64,000 bases of DNA from Solobacterium sp. UBA1761 (GTDB taxonomy: Bacteria; Bacillota_I; Bacilli_A; Erysipelotrichales; Erysipelotrichaceae), in contig DCHD01000002.1 in assembly GCA_002315565.1 (NCBI GenBank), positions 17,116 through 81,115 on the forward strand, given 5' to 3'. A program made the translations under genes and the position numbers. Positions 10,562-20,512 of the stretch are shown in pieces; position 1 is the first letter of the stretch, and the number at the start of each line of letters is the position of its first letter. The notes beneath the pieces are model-generated. The model made no database searches. It saw nothing but the letters and a program-made list of their open reading frames with translations, and was not told the origin of the DNA.

Positions 10562-11286
10562 AATATTATGGATTGAGTGACATTGGTTCTTTCCGTGAAA
10601 AGAATCAGGATTCATATACCATTATCACCAATAATAACGGTGATCTTTTAAGTGTAGTAGCTGATGGAGTAGGCGGCAGTAATGCCGGAGAAGTTGCTTC
10701 GCTTAAGACGTGTGAATTTCTTAAAGAAGAATTTCTTAAAGCCGGTGAATTTAAAGATACAGAATCACTTAAGAATTATCTGAAAGACCTTATTGAAAGG
10801 TGCAATTACTATATTTCTAAAGAAGCTTTAAAAGATTTCAGTTACTATGGCATGGGTACTACTCTTACCGGTATTGTTGTTTCAAGTTGCGGTAAAGTCG
10901 TGTTCAATGTCGGTGATTCAAGATGCTACGGCATTAAAGAAGACACGATTGATCTGTTGACTTATGATGACACGCTGGTAAACGAAATGATCAGAATGAA
11001 AGAGATAACAGAAGAAGAAGCTCTGACTCATCCTAAAAGACATTTCCTTATGAAGGCTATCGGTATGAACTCTCTTGTAAATCCGCAGGTTGAAGAGATT
11101 AGTGAATATGATTATTATCTTTGCTGTTCAGATGGACTTCACGGCTATCTTGAAGAAGACAAGATAAAAGAGATCATTATGAATAAAGAAAGTGATCTCG
11201 AAACAAAATGTTCAAATATGCTTTCATTGACGCTTCTGAAAGGAGGATATGACAATATCACTATTGTCCTTTTGAAGAATGACTGA
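10558..11286 (+). CDS. prpC: PP2C-family Ser/Thr phosphatase (PrpC/Stp)
   Basis: MKYYGLSDIGSFREKNQDS, ADGVGGSNAGEVAS and CSDGLH motifs. Start set at ATG 10558 (ATGA overlap with the rlmN stop). The track start 10525 lies inside rlmN. Confidence 0.9.
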   Translation: MKYYGLSDIGSFREKNQDSYTIITNNNGDLLSVVADGVGGSNAGEVASLKTCEFLKEEFLKAGEFKDTESLKNYLKDLIERCNYYISKEALKDFSYYGMGTTLTGIVVSSCGKVVFNVGDSRCYGIKEDTIDLLTYDDTLVNEMIRMKEITEEEALTHPKRHFLMKAIGMNSLVNPQVEEISEYDYYLCCSDGLHGYLEEDKIKEIIMNKESDLETKCSNMLSLTLLKGGYDNITIVLLKND

Positions 11287-12961
11287 ATTACTGGGAAACA
11301 GATACAGAATTGAAAAGATTATCGGAAAAGGCGGTATGGCTACTGTCTATCTTGCCTACGACACTATACTGAACAGAGAAGTAGCAATTAAAGTGCTTAA
11401 GGATGAAATGAGTTCAGATCCTTTGGCAATCGAAAGATTCAACAGAGAAGCAAGAGCTACCGCCAGACTTGTCCATCCGAATATTGTAGAAATATACGAC
11501 ATCAACGATGAAGGTGATAAACATTACATCGTAATGGAATATATCAAGGGTTACACTTTAAAGAAACTTATTGAAGTAAGAGGCGCAATACCTGTCAAGG
11601 AATCTGTATGGATGATTAAACAGCTGTCATTAGCCCTTTTAGAGGCCCATACAAACGGAATTCTCCATCGTGATATAAAATCACAGAATGTTCTGATTAA
11701 ACCTGATGGAACTGTAAAAATGGCTGATTTTGGCATTGCACAGGCCAATGACGATATTCAGATAACCAAACAGGATACTATTCTTGGTTCAGTTCATTAT
11801 CTTGCTCCTGAACTTACCAAAGGCAAGCCTGCAAGCATGCAGTCTGATATCTATTCTTTAGGCATTGTTTTCTATGAACTCTTGGTTGGTGATGTTCCGT
11901 TTAAAGGTGACTCTGCTGTTGCTGTTGCGCTTAAACACATCAATACTCGTATTCCTTCATTGAGGAAAATCAATGATGCCATACCGCAGTCAGTTGAAAA
12001 CATCATCATAAAGGCTACTGCGAAAAATCCAAAGAACCGATATGAAAATATTGCGCTGATGCTCAAGGACCTGAATGAATGTCTTAAACCTGAGCATCTG
12101 CATGACAAGAAAATTGTACTGAATGAAAATATCGAAGGTACTCAGACAATGGAAATTGTCGGTGCCTTAAAAAACAGAGAAATGGACGGACGCAAAAAAG
12201 GCATATTCTCTAAGGGTTTAGGAATAGTAGGGCTTATTGCACTTTCGCTTGTCTGTGTATTTGCGCTTGTTGCTGTACTTTATCTTTCAGGGTTTATTCA
12301 TTTCGGTAAAGAATCAAAGCTTACAATAGTTCCGGATGTAGTAGGCATGTCAATTACAGATGCCAAGGATGTTCTTGATGAGGCTACTCTTTCCATTGAT
12401 TACGACAATATTGAAAGAGTTATGACTGATGATAAACCGATCGATGTAATCATCGAAATTGAGCCTCTTGAAGGTGAAGAGGTAAACAAATATTCAAAGA
12501 TTAAACTGGTTGTTTCAAGCGGTATCTACAAGAAAATGCCTTCATACATCGGTTTGAGCATTGAAGAAGTAAAAGATATGCTCAAAGATACAAAAATAAT
12601 CGCAAAATATGATTATGTTGAATCAGAATACGAATCAGGAACTATACTTACCCAGTCATTAAAAGAAGGGTATAAATATGATGAAAACTCTCTGACAGAG
12701 ATAACATTTGAAGTATCTGGCAAATCTGAACCGATTTATATTGAAAATCTTTCACATCGCAATGTTGATGAAGTCTTTGAAGAACTGACAGAAAAAGGAG
12801 CAGTTGTAGAAAAGATACTTCTGTCGGATGATGAACTCAACAGTGAAATTTTGAAAGAATATGCTGAAAACACAGTTGTCAAATACTCTCCATATGAAGG
12901 ATCAACAATTGAAGAGGGGGCAACTGTAAAACTGTATTATTACCTGAAGGAGGGAAACTGA
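11279..12961 (+). CDS. prkC: PASTA-domain Ser/Thr kinase PrkC
   Basis: GKGGMATVY..AIKVL, HRDIKSQN, DFGIA and APE kinase motifs. Single TM (LGIVGLIALSLVCVFALVAVLYL), then extracellular PASTA-like repeats. Confidence 0.93.
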   Translation: MTELLGNRYRIEKIIGKGGMATVYLAYDTILNREVAIKVLKDEMSSDPLAIERFNREARATARLVHPNIVEIYDINDEGDKHYIVMEYIKGYTLKKLIEVRGAIPVKESVWMIKQLSLALLEAHTNGILHRDIKSQNVLIKPDGTVKMADFGIAQANDDIQITKQDTILGSVHYLAPELTKGKPASMQSDIYSLGIVFYELLVGDVPFKGDSAVAVALKHINTRIPSLRKINDAIPQSVENIIIKATAKNPKNRYENIALMLKDLNECLKPEHLHDKKIVLNENIEGTQTMEIVGALKNREMDGRKKGIFSKGLGIVGLIALSLVCVFALVAVLYLSGFIHFGKESKLTIVPDVVGMSITDAKDVLDEATLSIDYDNIERVMTDDKPIDVIIEIEPLEGEEVNKYSKIKLVVSSGIYKKMPSYIGLSIEEVKDMLKDTKIIAKYDYVESEYESGTILTQSLKEGYKYDENSLTEITFEVSGKSEPIYIENLSHRNVDEVFEELTEKGAVVEKILLSDDELNSEILKEYAENTVVKYSPYEGSTIEEGATVKLYYYLKEGN

Positions 12962-13620
12962 TGATAATAGCACCATCTGTACTGTCACTGGATTATTCTG
13001 ATTTCAAAAATCAGCTCAATACACTAAACAGAACTGTAGAATGGATACATTTTGATGTCATGGACGGTCACTTTGTGCCTAATCTGACATTTGGTCCTGA
13101 CATTCAGAAAGCATTCAGAAAGAATACATCATTATTTATTGATACACATCTGATGGTCAGCAATCCTGAATTCTTTGCCGATGTATTCATTAATGCCGGA
13201 AGTGATCAGATAACCTTTCATTATGAAGTCTATGACAATGATGAAGACTGTATTAAACTGATAAAGAAAATCAAAAACAAGTATGTAAAAGCCGGAATTT
13301 CCATTAAACCTAAAACCCCTGTAAGTGCCATAAAGGGTATTCTTCCATATGTTGACAATGTGCTTGTAATGTCTGTAGAACCGGGTTTCGGAGGACAGAA
13401 ATTCATCGAAAATGCTCACGCAAAAATAAAAGAATTATCCAGGCTGAAAAAAGAAAACGGCTACAGTTATCACGTTGAAGTGGATGGGGGAATAAATGAT
13501 CAGATTTCCAGATCCGTATTGCTAGATGGTGCCGATGTACTGGTAGCCGGAAGTTTTATCTTTAACGGGAATATCGAGTCCAATGTTGAATCATTAAGAA
13601 ATACAGAACCAAAACTATAA
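12961..13620 (+). CDS. rpe: Ribulose-phosphate 3-epimerase
   Basis: HFDVMDGHFVPN and MSVEPGFGGQKF motifs. Confidence 0.95.
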   Translation: MIIAPSVLSLDYSDFKNQLNTLNRTVEWIHFDVMDGHFVPNLTFGPDIQKAFRKNTSLFIDTHLMVSNPEFFADVFINAGSDQITFHYEVYDNDEDCIKLIKKIKNKYVKAGISIKPKTPVSAIKGILPYVDNVLVMSVEPGFGGQKFIENAHAKIKELSRLKKENGYSYHVEVDGGINDQISRSVLLDGADVLVAGSFIFNGNIESNVESLRNTEPKL

Positions 13621-13643
13621 AAAAAGACCGAAAGGTCTTTTTT
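13621..13643 (+). terminator. Intrinsic terminator after rpe
   Basis: AAAGACC-GAAA-GGTCTTT followed by TTT. Flanked by A- and T-runs, so possibly bidirectional. Confidence 0.8.
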
Positions 13644-13647
13644 GATA

Positions 13648-13673
13648 CAAAAATAAAACCACATCACTGTGGT
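13648..13673 (-). terminator. Intrinsic terminator after rpmB
   Basis: On the minus strand, ACCACA-GTGA-TGTGGT followed by TTTTATTTT. Confidence 0.7.
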
Positions 13674-13691
13674 ATTTACTTTTTTTGATAA

Positions 13692-13886
13692 TTAAGCAGC
13701 TTTAGCCTGAGTTTTCAGAGTTCTAAGTGCACGGGCAGAAACGCGAACCTTCTGTGGTTTGCCATCTACCATAAGTGTTACTGTTTGAAGATTTACATTC
13801 CATTTACGGCGTGTAGCACGAAGTGAATGTGAACGATTATTTCCTGATAAAGCTCTTTTACCTGTAATTTCGCATACTCTAGACAT
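13692..13886 (-). CDS. rpmB: 50S ribosomal protein L28
   Basis: [34 protein letters not shown] is a canonical L28 sequence. A G-rich SD lies upstream. Confidence 0.95.
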   Translation of the reverse strand: MSRVCEITGKRALSGNNRSHSLRATRRKWNVNLQTVTLMVDGKPQKVRVSARALRTLKTQAKAA

Positions 13887-14119
13887 ACCGGATTGCCCCC
13901 TTTCATAAATACGCTTATTTATAATACCACAACAAATTATATTAAATCAACGACTTTTAATAAGTATTTTATAACTCAATATGCGTTACTGTTGTGAATG
14001 ATTGTTCATTATTTCATAAACTTAATTCAATATTAAACTAATGTATATATATTTATAAAAAATAGTGTTCATTTATGATTTATATGGTAAATATGGTGTG
14101 CTAAAATTTAATTGATATT

Positions 14120-15370
14120 ATGCCTAAAGAATTATATGCCTCTTTAGAACTTTCAGAAAAAGAAGTAAGGGTATTGGTAAGTGAATGCTTCAACACCCGT
14201 TTTAATATACTGCAGGTTGTAAGAATTCCGTGTAATGGTTTAAAGAATTTCAGAATTACTGACCGCGAAGAAATAGTCCGTGCTATTAAAGAAGCAAAAA
14301 AAGAAGTCCTGAACAAGATTGGATCAGATCTGCATAAGGCCATTTTGCTTATACCTCCTGTCAATTTTAAAAGGATTGCACTGGAAACTGAAATCATACC
14401 TGATGAAAAAGGTCTGTCAAGAGATGATGTGCTTCGAGCATTAAACAAAACCCTCGAGATTGAGATTGATCCGGACCTGCTTGTAATCAACAGGGTTCCG
14501 GTAAGTTATACAATAAACGGCATTACGTCAAAAAGAATTCCATATAAAGAAATCTCTGATTCTGCCAGAATTGAAATTGATCTGTTATGTGCTGATAAGA
14601 ACCTGACATTTGATTATGTATCACTGGTAGAAGAAAGCGGTATTGAAGTAATTGATATCTGCCTTAGCAATTATGCAATATGCAAAGAAGCATCATTGTT
14701 TGAGCAGTCTACAAACAGAAATATCATCCTTCTTGACATAAATGATAACTATACAAATATGTCACTGATTGTAAAGGGCAAGATGATGACCTGCGAGGTT
14801 ATTGAAAAAGGTATTGAAAGTTTTGCAAAAGACCTTTATGAGAAATACTCTATTCCGTTTGTGAAGATGTCAAGACTGATCAAATACAATGGTTCCAGAG
14901 ACATCGAAAGCAAGGATACGGTCTATGCCTATAACCGCAATAAAGGCAATGTGAATATTTCACTAAGTGAACTTAATACTGCGATTCTTCCGTATGTGAA
15001 AGATTATCTTGACAATATAGCCGAGATGTCCAAACCGGTTATTGAGTCAAAGGAAACATTCTTTGCGGTAGTATCTGAAGGCAGTGATATGCTGCTGATT
15101 GCCGATATCCTTAAAGAAAAGACCGGATGTGAAATAAAGATGATTCATCCTGATTCAATCGGTGTAAGAGAAGCCAATCTAATAAGCCTGTACGGATCAC
15201 TGTTTGCCGCTAAGGAAATGATTGATATTTCACAGAAAAACGTCTGCTGTCTTGATGAATTTGAATTCAACAATGTAGTGGACAGAAAAATATTTGAAGA
15301 TGAAGGTGAAACCTTCACGACCAAGATAAGAACATTTTTTAAACAATATATGGATAAGGAGAATGATTAA
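14120..15370 (+). CDS. ftsA: Cell division protein FtsA
   Basis: Actin-fold FtsA-like sequence immediately upstream of, and overlapping (TAATG), ftsZ. Confidence 0.88.
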   Translation: MPKELYASLELSEKEVRVLVSECFNTRFNILQVVRIPCNGLKNFRITDREEIVRAIKEAKKEVLNKIGSDLHKAILLIPPVNFKRIALETEIIPDEKGLSRDDVLRALNKTLEIEIDPDLLVINRVPVSYTINGITSKRIPYKEISDSARIEIDLLCADKNLTFDYVSLVEESGIEVIDICLSNYAICKEASLFEQSTNRNIILLDINDNYTNMSLIVKGKMMTCEVIEKGIESFAKDLYEKYSIPFVKMSRLIKYNGSRDIESKDTVYAYNRNKGNVNISLSELNTAILPYVKDYLDNIAEMSKPVIESKETFFAVVSEGSDMLLIADILKEKTGCEIKMIHPDSIGVREANLISLYGSLFAAKEMIDISQKNVCCLDEFEFNNVVDRKIFEDEGETFTTKIRTFFKQYMDKEND

Positions 15371-16479
15371 TGACCAGACTAGATTATAACCAGGTAGTAA
15401 AGATTAAAGTATTCGGTGTTGGCGGCGGTGGCTGTAATGCTGTTAACCGCATGGTTAATGACGGCGTTAAAGGCGCAGAATTCTATGTAGTAAACTCTGA
15501 TATTCAGTGTCTGAATGTTTCTGCGTGCAAGAACAGAGTTGTCATCGGTAAGGAACTGTGCAAAGGACAGGGCTGTGGTGCTGATCCTGAAAGAGGTCAG
15601 AAAGCTGCCATTGAGTCATCTGAAGAAATAAAGAAACTTATTCAGGGAACAGATATGGTATTCATTACTGCCGGAATGGGCGGTGGAACAGGTACTGGAG
15701 CTGCTCCGGTATTTGCCAAGATTGCTAAAGAATCTGGTGCTTTGACTGTTGCTATTGTAACTACTCCTTTTGATTTTGAAGGTACAAAAAGAAGCAATCA
15801 GGCAAAGATTGGTCTAGAAAAACTGAAAGAATACTGTGATTCATTAATTGTTGTTTCCAACAATAAACTGTTGTCAGTTATCGGAAAGATTCCTCTTATG
15901 GATTCATTCAAAGAAGCTGACAACGTATTAAGACAGGGCGTACAGACTATTACAGATCTGATTGCTGTGCCTGCATTCATCAACCTGGATTTTGCTGATA
16001 TTGAAACCGTTATGAAAGGCAAGGGAACTGCTTTAATCGGTATCGGTATGGCAAAAGGTGAAGATAAGGCTAAAGTTGCTGCTCAGCATGCGATTGAGTC
16101 TCCGCTTCTTGATGCTCAGATCAAAGGCGCAAAATCTGCTATCGTCAATATTACAGGCGGTGCTAATGTTTCTATCTATGATTCAAGTGTTGCAGTTGAC
16201 TATATCAGAGAAGCTGCCGGCGGAAATATTGATATTATCTATGGTGTAGCAATCAATGAACAGCTTGATGACAATATTATCGTTACTGTAATTGCTACCG
16301 GTTTTGAACTGAACAGTCCAAACGTACAGGTTAAACCTCAAATCAATCCTGTATATTTCCAGAATGAACAAGAACCTGAAACAAAGGTCGAAGAAGAACC
16401 TGCAGTTGAAAGAAACGAAACAGTTGTTAAAGAAAAGGAACAGGATGGTATTCCATCATTCTTCAAATCAAGATTCTAG
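15370..16479 (+). CDS. ftsZ: Cell division GTPase FtsZ
   Basis: Tubulin signature [10 protein letters not shown] and the NSDIQCL and NLDFADI motifs. Conserved C-terminal peptide [11 protein letters not shown]. Confidence 0.97.
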   Translation: MTRLDYNQVVKIKVFGVGGGGCNAVNRMVNDGVKGAEFYVVNSDIQCLNVSACKNRVVIGKELCKGQGCGADPERGQKAAIESSEEIKKLIQGTDMVFITAGMGGGTGTGAAPVFAKIAKESGALTVAIVTTPFDFEGTKRSNQAKIGLEKLKEYCDSLIVVSNNKLLSVIGKIPLMDSFKEADNVLRQGVQTITDLIAVPAFINLDFADIETVMKGKGTALIGIGMAKGEDKAKVAAQHAIESPLLDAQIKGAKSAIVNITGGANVSIYDSSVAVDYIREAAGGNIDIIYGVAINEQLDDNIIVTVIATGFELNSPNVQVKPQINPVYFQNEQEPETKVEEEPAVERNETVVKEKEQDGIPSFFKSRF

Positions 16480-16482
16480 TAT

Positions 16483-17193
16483 ATGAAAAACATCTGTGAT
16501 CTGCATACGCATTCTGTGCTTTCAGGACACGCTTTCTCTTCAGCAACAGAGAATATTGCATATGCAAAAAGTATCGGTATCAGATACTATGGACTTTCTG
16601 AACATCAGACAGACAATGTCGGTATCGGCGTACAGAAATATGTCGGAAGCAATATGCGCGTATTCCCAAGAGAAGTAGATGGAATGAGAATACTGCGCGG
16701 AATGGAATTCAACATTCTTGAAAAAGGCAATATTGAACTGTTTGAGTCAAAGACTAACTATCTTGACTATGGTATAGCTTCAATGCATTCATACATGTAT
16801 TCAAAAGATCATACATTTGAAGAGAATACTGAAGCTTATCTTAATGTGCTTGATAATCCGCTGATAAACATTGTCGGTCATATTGATGATGGAAATTATC
16901 CTTGTGATATCTACAATATCGTCAAAAAAGCCAAAGACTTGGGTAAACTGGTTGAACTGAACAATACTTCAATGCATCCGGATTCGCCAAGAAAAAACGG
17001 CAGAGAAAACTGTGCAAAACTTATTAAGGCCTGTATAGATCTTGATATGCCGCTTATTATCAACTCTGATGCTCATATCTGTTATGACATCGGAAGAATG
17101 GATTTTGTATATCCTTTGGCCAAAGAACTTGGTTTTAAGGACGAAAATATTCTGAATTTCAATGAAGAGCTCTTCTTGAAATATTTCGGGTAA
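16483..17193 (+). CDS. PHP-domain phosphoesterase (YcdX/histidinol-phosphatase-like)
   Basis: N-terminal CDLHTHS metal motif plus later H/D motifs (GHIDD, NSDAH). Confidence 0.75.
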   Translation: MKNICDLHTHSVLSGHAFSSATENIAYAKSIGIRYYGLSEHQTDNVGIGVQKYVGSNMRVFPREVDGMRILRGMEFNILEKGNIELFESKTNYLDYGIASMHSYMYSKDHTFEENTEAYLNVLDNPLINIVGHIDDGNYPCDIYNIVKKAKDLGKLVELNNTSMHPDSPRKNGRENCAKLIKACIDLDMPLIINSDAHICYDIGRMDFVYPLAKELGFKDENILNFNEELFLKYFG

Positions 17194-17288
17194 CTAGTAA
17201 AATAAATATATTTGAAGAAAGGATGTGATTTTAAAGTGGACCCGTCAGCCACAATTCCAATATTAAATAAAAGGCATGGTGATGCCTC

Positions 17289-18536
17289 ATGAGTTACAAT
17301 CTGATAATTGTACTTATCGTTCTGATCATATTAAGTGGATTCTTTTCAGCAACTGAAACAGCATTCACATCTTTAAACAGAATCAGAATGAAATATCTGG
17401 CCAATAATGGTGATAAACGTGCAGAAAAGATTCTGGAGTTGCTTGATAACTACACCTCTTTGCTGTCTACGATTCTAATAGGAAACAATGTTGTAAATAT
17501 ATTCTCTGCTTCACTGGCAACAGTGCTTTTTGTTGCGGTATTCGGTGAAAACGGTGTTACTTACTCTTCACTTACAATGACGCTGATTGTTCTTGTATTT
17601 GGAGAAATAGGCCCTAAAACACTGGCTAAGCAGCAGCCTGAGAAGTTTGCGATGTTTGCACTTCCGTTCATATCTGTACTTGTGTTTATTCTTAAACCTG
17701 TTGCTGTTATATTCAATGGGCTTGAAACACTGCTTTCAAAAACATTCAAATCTGAAGATGCTGAAAACCTGAGAGCAGAAGAATTTGTAACTATGGTAGA
17801 AGAAGCAAATGAAGATGGCGATATGGATGACGAAGAAGCAGATCTTATAACCAATGCAATTGAATTTGATGATGTTGATGTATCTGAAATCTTTACACCA
17901 AGAGTTGATGTTATTGCGATAGATATTGATGAAGATTCAATGGATGATATCGAAAAAGCATTCAGAGAATCAGGATATTCGAGACTTCCAGTCTATAAAG
18001 AGTCAATTGACAATGTTGTTGGTGTTATTCATGAAAAGGATTTCTATTATATCTACTATAAAGAGAAACTTAAAAAGGTTGATTCTATTCTGCAGGAAGT
18101 GGTCTATACCAGTGAACATGTAAAGATTGATGCTTTATTAAGACAGCTTCAGTCCAGCAAACTTCATATGGCAGTGGTTCTTGATGAATACGGCGGTACA
18201 GCCGGAATCATTACAATGGAAGATATTCTGGAAGAACTTGTCGGTGAAATCTATGATGAACACGATGAAATAGTTGAATACTTCAATAAACTCAATGAAA
18301 ATGAATACATCGTCAACTGTGAAGTTGATGTTGATGAATTCTTTGAATACTTCGATATGAAACCTGAAGAAGAATACGACTTCAACACCTTAAGTGCCTG
18401 GGTTATTCATATGATGGATAAAATCGGTGATGTAGGTGAGACATTTGACTATGAAAATCTGCATATCACAATAACCAAGACTGACAAGAAAGTAATCGAA
18501 GAGATAAAAGTAGAAATAATCAAGGAAGACGAATAG
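17289..18536 (+). CDS. CNNM/HlyC-CorC family transporter (DUF21-CBS pair-CorC_HlyC)
   Basis: Four N-terminal TMs with the GEIGPKTLA motif, a CBS pair region, and the C-terminal transporter-associated domain. Confidence 0.85.
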   Translation: MSYNLIIVLIVLIILSGFFSATETAFTSLNRIRMKYLANNGDKRAEKILELLDNYTSLLSTILIGNNVVNIFSASLATVLFVAVFGENGVTYSSLTMTLIVLVFGEIGPKTLAKQQPEKFAMFALPFISVLVFILKPVAVIFNGLETLLSKTFKSEDAENLRAEEFVTMVEEANEDGDMDDEEADLITNAIEFDDVDVSEIFTPRVDVIAIDIDEDSMDDIEKAFRESGYSRLPVYKESIDNVVGVIHEKDFYYIYYKEKLKKVDSILQEVVYTSEHVKIDALLRQLQSSKLHMAVVLDEYGGTAGIITMEDILEELVGEIYDEHDEIVEYFNKLNENEYIVNCEVDVDEFFEYFDMKPEEEYDFNTLSAWVIHMMDKIGDVGETFDYENLHITITKTDKKVIEEIKVEIIKEDE

Positions 18537-18547
18537 TCTTCCTTTTT
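18524..18547 (+). terminator. Intrinsic terminator after the CNNM transporter gene
   Basis: GGAAGAC-GAATA-GTCTTCC followed by TTTTT. The stop codon sits in the loop/3' arm. Confidence 0.8.
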
Positions 18548-18551
18548 GAAG

Positions 18552-18557
18552 TATAAT
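18552..18557 (+). promoter_or_regulatory. -10 box TATAAT 6 nt before the rsmE ATG; candidate leaderless promoter
   Basis: TATAAT-TTAGAC-ATG, 5 nt after the terminator T-run. Confidence 0.45.
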
Positions 18558-18563
18558 TTAGAC

Positions 18564-19250
18564 ATGCAGCAGTATTTTACTGATTTGAAAGCTGAAATAA
18601 ACAGAGAGATTCCACTTGATGCGGATTCCCTTTATCATCTCAAAAAAGTATTAAGAAAACAGAATGGCTGGAATTTCAGAATAGCTGATTGTACAGGTAC
18701 AATCTATCTTGCCGAACTGAATGGAGATTGTGCCTTAATAAAAGAAAATACCCATGAGAATAATGAACTGGATACAGATATAACCGTTATTCTGGCGCTT
18801 GTAAAATCAGACAAGTTTGAAATGAGTCTGCAGAAACTGACTGAACTCGGAGTAAAAAGAATTGTTCCTTATAATGCCAGAAGATCAGTTGTTGAAATAA
18901 CCAAAAATTCAAAACTTGACCGTTTCAGAAAAATTGTCAAAGAAGCAAGTGAACAGTCTCACAGAAACATCATTCCTGAAGTATGTGAAGCAGTAAATCT
19001 GAAAGATATCAGGAATTATATGTCAAAGAATAACTACATCGCTTATGAAAAGGAAGACGAAAAGTTTTCTGATATTGACTGTAAAGAATCGGTAACCGTG
19101 GTTATCGGACCTGAAGGCGGTTTTGAACCGGCTGAATTTGAAAAATTCAGAAAGCTTGGCTTTAAATCAATAAGTCTTGGCAAGAGAATACTGCGTGCAG
19201 AAACAGCTGCAATTTTTATGACATCACTGATTGTTGCGAAAAATCTATGA
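18564..19250 (+). CDS. rsmE: 16S rRNA m3U1498 methyltransferase RsmE
   Basis: MQQYF N-terminus and the GPEGGF..E motif. Start set at ATG 18564. The track's TTG 18546 lies inside the upstream terminator T-run. Confidence 0.88.
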   Translation: MQQYFTDLKAEINREIPLDADSLYHLKKVLRKQNGWNFRIADCTGTIYLAELNGDCALIKENTHENNELDTDITVILALVKSDKFEMSLQKLTELGVKRIVPYNARRSVVEITKNSKLDRFRKIVKEASEQSHRNIIPEVCEAVNLKDIRNYMSKNNYIAYEKEDEKFSDIDCKESVTVVIGPEGGFEPAEFEKFRKLGFKSISLGKRILRAETAAIFMTSLIVAKNL

Positions 19251-20512
19251 AAACATATGCAAAGATGGTACTGGGATGCAAGGTCAATGACTATGAAGCT
19301 ACCTGCATCACCAATGAAATGGACAGACACTTTATAGAAGTGTCTTTTAATGAAAAAGCAGATATCTATCTGATTTTTACCTGTTGTGTAACAAATGTTG
19401 CTGAAGCAAAGACGCGAAAGTTCTTTCATAAAGCCAGAAGACTTAATCCTGACGGTTATATCGTTGCGATTGGCTGCCTGTCTCAGATTAAAGGAGATAC
19501 CGAGGATTTTAAAGATGTCGATCTGATAATCGGATCAAGCAAAAAAGATAAAGCAGTCGAAATGATTATTGAAGGTTATAAAGGCTCTCAAGTAGAAAAC
19601 AGGCAGGTTTTTGAATATGAAAACCTATCTGTTGATGACTATCCAGGTAAATCCAGAGCCTTCCTGAAGATTCAGGATGGCTGTAACCAGTTCTGCACTT
19701 ATTGCGTAATTCCTTATACAAGAGGCAGAGAAAGAAGCCTTGACCATAAAGAAGTATTAAACTATGCAAAAAAACTGGAGAATTCTTATGAGGAAATAGT
19801 TCTGACAGGCATACATACAGGAAGATATTTTGATGGTGAATATCATCTTGTTGATTTACTGAAAATGCTTCTTGAAAAAACAAAGCTTAAGACAATAAGA
19901 CTGTCTTCAATTGAAATGACTGAAGTAACAGATGAAATAATTGAGCTGATGAAAAACTCTGATGGCAGAATTGCTCATCATCTGCATATACCCGTACAGG
20001 CCATGTCTGATGATGTGCTCAAGGATATGCATAGACCATACACAATTGAAGAATTCATCAAGAGAATCGAATATATCAGAATTAAATTGCCTGATGTAGC
20101 AATTTCAACAGATCTGATTGTCGGGTTTCCTGGTGAAACAGACGAAATATTCAATGACTCTTTAAAAAATATGGATAAAATCAGATTTTCTTTCATCCAT
20201 GTATTCCCTTATTCCAAAAAAGAGGGAACAGTTGCTGAAAAGATGAAGAATCATGTTCATCCTGATACAAAGAAGGCTAGAGTTAAAACAATTGAAAATA
20301 CCGAGAAAAAATATACTCTTGAATACAACAGGTCTTTTATCGGAAAGGACGTAGAAGTACTTATTGAGAAAACCGATGAAGAATATTCATATGGATATTC
20401 AAAACAGTATTTCTATGTGAAATCAAAAACAAAACTGAATGTTGGTTCATTATATAAGATAAGAATTGATGAAGTTAATGAAAGTGAGATAATTGGAACG
20501 TATGTATCTTGA
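19247..20512 (+). CDS. mtaB: tRNA methylthiotransferase, MiaB-like (MtaB)
   Basis: N-terminal UPF0004 Cys triad (GCKVN, TCCV, GCLSQ), radical SAM motif QDGCNQFCTYCVIP, C-terminal TRAM-like region. Confidence 0.88.
   Translation: MKTYAKMVLGCKVNDYEATCITNEMDRHFIEVSFNEKADIYLIFTCCVTNVAEAKTRKFFHKARRLNPDGYIVAIGCLSQIKGDTEDFKDVDLIIGSSKKDKAVEMIIEGYKGSQVENRQVFEYENLSVDDYPGKSRAFLKIQDGCNQFCTYCVIPYTRGRERSLDHKEVLNYAKKLENSYEEIVLTGIHTGRYFDGEYHLVDLLKMLLEKTKLKTIRLSSIEMTEVTDEIIELMKNSDGRIAHHLHIPVQAMSDDVLKDMHRPYTIEEFIKRIEYIRIKLPDVAISTDLIVGFPGETDEIFNDSLKNMDKIRFSFIHVFPYSKKEGTVAEKMKNHVHPDTKKARVKTIENTEKKYTLEYNRSFIGKDVEVLIEKTDEEYSYGYSKQYFYVKSKTKLNVGSLYKIRIDEVNESEIIGTYVS

Noticed and set aside
14101-14490. Long antisense ORFs in the track (for example 14101-14490, 17561-17854, 19043-19429, 51851-52165, 53468-53803, 57814-58242)
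   Set aside because: Each lies fully inside, and antisense to, a confidently identified conserved gene. Their products are low-complexity Ser/Leu/Phe-rich, as expected from the complement of purine-rich codons. They have no SD or promoter context.
17237-17293. 18-codon upstream ORF (GTG 17237, MDPSATIPILNKRHGDAS) whose TGA overlaps the ATG of the CNNM transporter gene, plus the hairpin AGGCAT-GGTG-ATGCCT over the RBS
   Set aside because: The putative SD (AAAGGA) is 12 nt from the GTG, I cannot assess conservation, and the 95-nt region is too short for M-box or other known Mg/Mn riboswitches. The GGTGAT in the hairpin loop can serve as the SD for the main gene. The evidence is insufficient to call a regulatory uORF.
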